From Malacoraja senta (taxonomy: Eukaryota): a stretch of 64,000 nt of DNA. The notes under the pieces are model-generated. The model was not told the origin of the DNA. It saw only the letters and a list, made by a program, of their open reading frames with translations, and ran no database searches. The translations under genes were made by a program, and so were the position numbers. The stretch is taken from NCBI GenBank assembly GCA_038087875.1, contig CM075991.1:7752001-7816000 (forward strand). Reading direction: 5' to 3'. Shown piece by piece: positions 61,851 through 64,000 of this stretch. Numbering within the stretch: position 1 is the stretch's first letter; every line of letters starts with the position of its first letter.

Positions 61851-62126
61851 AAAGACACCAAACAGTAGCTTTAGCCTGTAAGCGTTGACCTTTCCAAGAA
61901 ATTTGAGGCTGCCATCTGTATGCTCACCTTGCTACAAGTTGGCAGCGAGGATACACAAGCCCAGCAATGTACTGTGTTTCTACTCTATTGCAGATTCTCC
62001 CGATATGAATGCATATTAGTTGGCAAGTGATGTTACAGAATGTGTAGAAGCTGGGAGGTCATGTTACAGTCATACAAGACATTGTCGACACCACGTTTAC
62101 AGTATGTTGTTCAGTTTGGGTACCCT

Positions 62127-62926
62127 GGAAGTGGCGGTGCTGGTGGAAGTGGCGGCGCTGTTAATCGGCTGCGGCTCGCCTGCAGTCCGTCTGTTTTTAC
62201 TTTTTCTGTTGTTTTTTTTTGTCCTGTTTTGTTAAGTTTTAGTTTGTTGGGTTGTGTTAGGGGGGGGAGAAACATGTCCTCTGTCTCCTCCTTCAGGGGA
62301 ATGCGACTTTTTCGTGTTGTATCCCCCTTCCCTGCCTCCGTCTGCGGTGAGGCCTAATGGCGGAGCTGGCCGCCTCCATCCTGCGACCGACCCCGAGGCT
62401 ACGGAGGCAGAGCCAGCCAGGACTTACCAACGGGAGGCTGGCCGTCTTCGGGGCTGAGGCAGCGGTGGCCCGACTTGCTGGTGCGGCGTTCTGGCTTTCG
62501 GTGGCGGCCTGGAGCTGATGCAGCGGGGTCCGGAGCGGAGACTGTGGGGCCTGGAGCTGGGGCGGTGGCCCGGAGCGGAGACTTCGGGACCCGGGGCTGA
62601 TGCTGTGGCGGGCCGTCTCGGAGCGGAGACGGCGTTCCGGCTTTCGGCGGCGGCGACATCACCACGGAGGTCCGCTGGACTGGAGGGCGGCATCTTCGGC
62701 CTGGATCGATCGCCTCAGCGCAGAGGGAGAACAAGGAGGGAAGAGACGGAGACTAAGACTTTGCCTCCATCACAGTGAGGGTGTGCTTGGTGAACTCACT
62801 GTGGTGGATGTTTAATTTGTGTTTATTGTATGTTTTGTTATTATTGGTTCTGTGTATGACTGCAGGCATCACAATTTCGTTCAGACCGAAAGGTCTGAAT
62901 GACAATAAAGGAAACTTGACTTGACT
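62127..62926 (+). mobile_element. About 0.8-kb GC-rich non-coding retroposon inserted in a CR1 fragment
   Basis: Homologous to 52426-53205 at both ends; 3' hairpin with GAAA loop, AATAAA, (ACTTG)n tail. Confidence 0.8.
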
Positions 62927-62942
62927 GTTGTAGGAAAGATGT

Positions 62943-63164
62943 TTAGGAAGGAACTGCAGATGCTGGTGTACAGTGGAGTTAGACACAAAATGCTGGAGAA
63001 ACTCACCGGGACAGGCAGCATCTCTGGAGAAAAGAATGGGTGACATTTCGCGTCAAGCCACTTCACCCGTCTGAAGACTGGTCTCGACCCAAACCGTCAC
63101 CGATTCCTTTTCTCCAGAGATGCTGCCTGACCCGCTGAGTTACTCCAGCATTTTTGTGTCTATC
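62943..63164. mobile_element. Fold-back Penelope-derived insertion
   Basis: Inverted pLTR halves; 13-bp TSD GTAGGAAAGATGT 62930-62942 / 63165-63177. Confidence 0.85.
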
Positions 63165-63619
63165 GTAGGAAAGATGTGGTTAAGCTGGAAAGAGTGCAGA
63201 AAAGATTTACGAGGATGTTGCCAGGACTCGAGGGCATGAGCTGCAGAGAGAGGTTGAGCAGGCTAGGACTTTGTTCCTTGGAGTTCAGGATGTTGAGGGA
63301 TAATCTTATAGAGGTGTATAAGATCGTGGGTGGAATAGATAGGCCAAATGCACAGTCTTTTACCCATCGTGGTGGAATCAAGGACCCGGGGACATAGGTT
63401 TAAGGTTGTGGGGGGGGAGATTTAATAGAAACCTGAAAGGCAAGTTTTTTTACACGGCAAGTTTTTTTGAATGTTGTTTTGTGTTGTTATATTTTTCCTT
63501 GCATATTTATGTTTAATTCTCTTGGCCTGGCAAGTGTTGACAGAGTTGTTCAGACTGGGATGCTCTCCAAGTACCAAAGCCCTGAATGGCCAGGCAGTCT
63601 GTTATGAAAGTGTAGTTGA

Positions 63620-63918
63620 TTAGTTTAGTGTTACAGCGCGGAAACAGGCCCTTCGGCCCACCGGGTCCGTGCCGACCAGCGATCCCCGCACATTAACACC
63701 ATCCTACACCCACCAGGGACAATTTTTTACCTTTACCAAGCCAACTAACCTACAAACCTGGAGTGTGGGCGGAAACCGAAGATCTCGGAGAAAACCCACG
63801 CAGGTCACGGGGCGAACGTACAAACTCCGTACAGACGGCACCCGTAGTGGGGATCGAACTCGGGTCTCCGGCGTTTCATTCGCTGTAAGGCAGCAACGCT
63901 ACCGCTGTGCCACAGTGA
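63620..63918 (-). mobile_element. HE1-like V-SINE
   Basis: A/B boxes, V domain, tail; further partial copies at 51345-51541, 53628-53820, 60163-60258. Confidence 0.85.
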
Positions 63919-64000
63919 CAACCAAATGTTGGCCAGGATCCTGGGAGTGGAGTTGGGAACAGTTCCTCACGTCAGTGTATTAAGTTTAGACTTTTGACGT

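Overview
Eukaryotic, repeat-dominated vertebrate DNA. It is inferred to be a cartilaginous fish, probably a skate or ray, from abundant HE1-type V-SINEs, HER1/CR1 LINEs and Penelope-derived short repeats. The window opens with a CpG-island promoter (about 1200-1560) and a probable first coding exon ending at a strong donor at 1669/1670; it encodes a signal-peptide-like stretch. The remaining ~62 kb looks like one very long first intron, and I could not recognise a second coding exon. The intron holds a full-length CR1 LINE (ORF1 zinc finger/SGNH esterase, ORF2 EN-RT, 91-bp tandem 5' monomers), several truncated CR1s, Penelope-like elements (RT + GIY-YIG) and their hammerhead-bearing non-autonomous derivatives. 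It also holds Rex1/Babar fragments, a Tc1 relic, a Harbinger-like MITE family, hAT and Tigger-like MITEs, a candidate solo LTR, a HERO-type LINE 3' end and islands of unique sequence resembling conserved non-coding elements. The most notable observation is in the HERO 3' end (about 61698-61826): all hammerhead ribozyme catalytic-core elements are present with their pairing partners, but in a non-circularly permuted order. Family names come from motif recognition by eye, not database searches, and many repeat boundaries are approximate.
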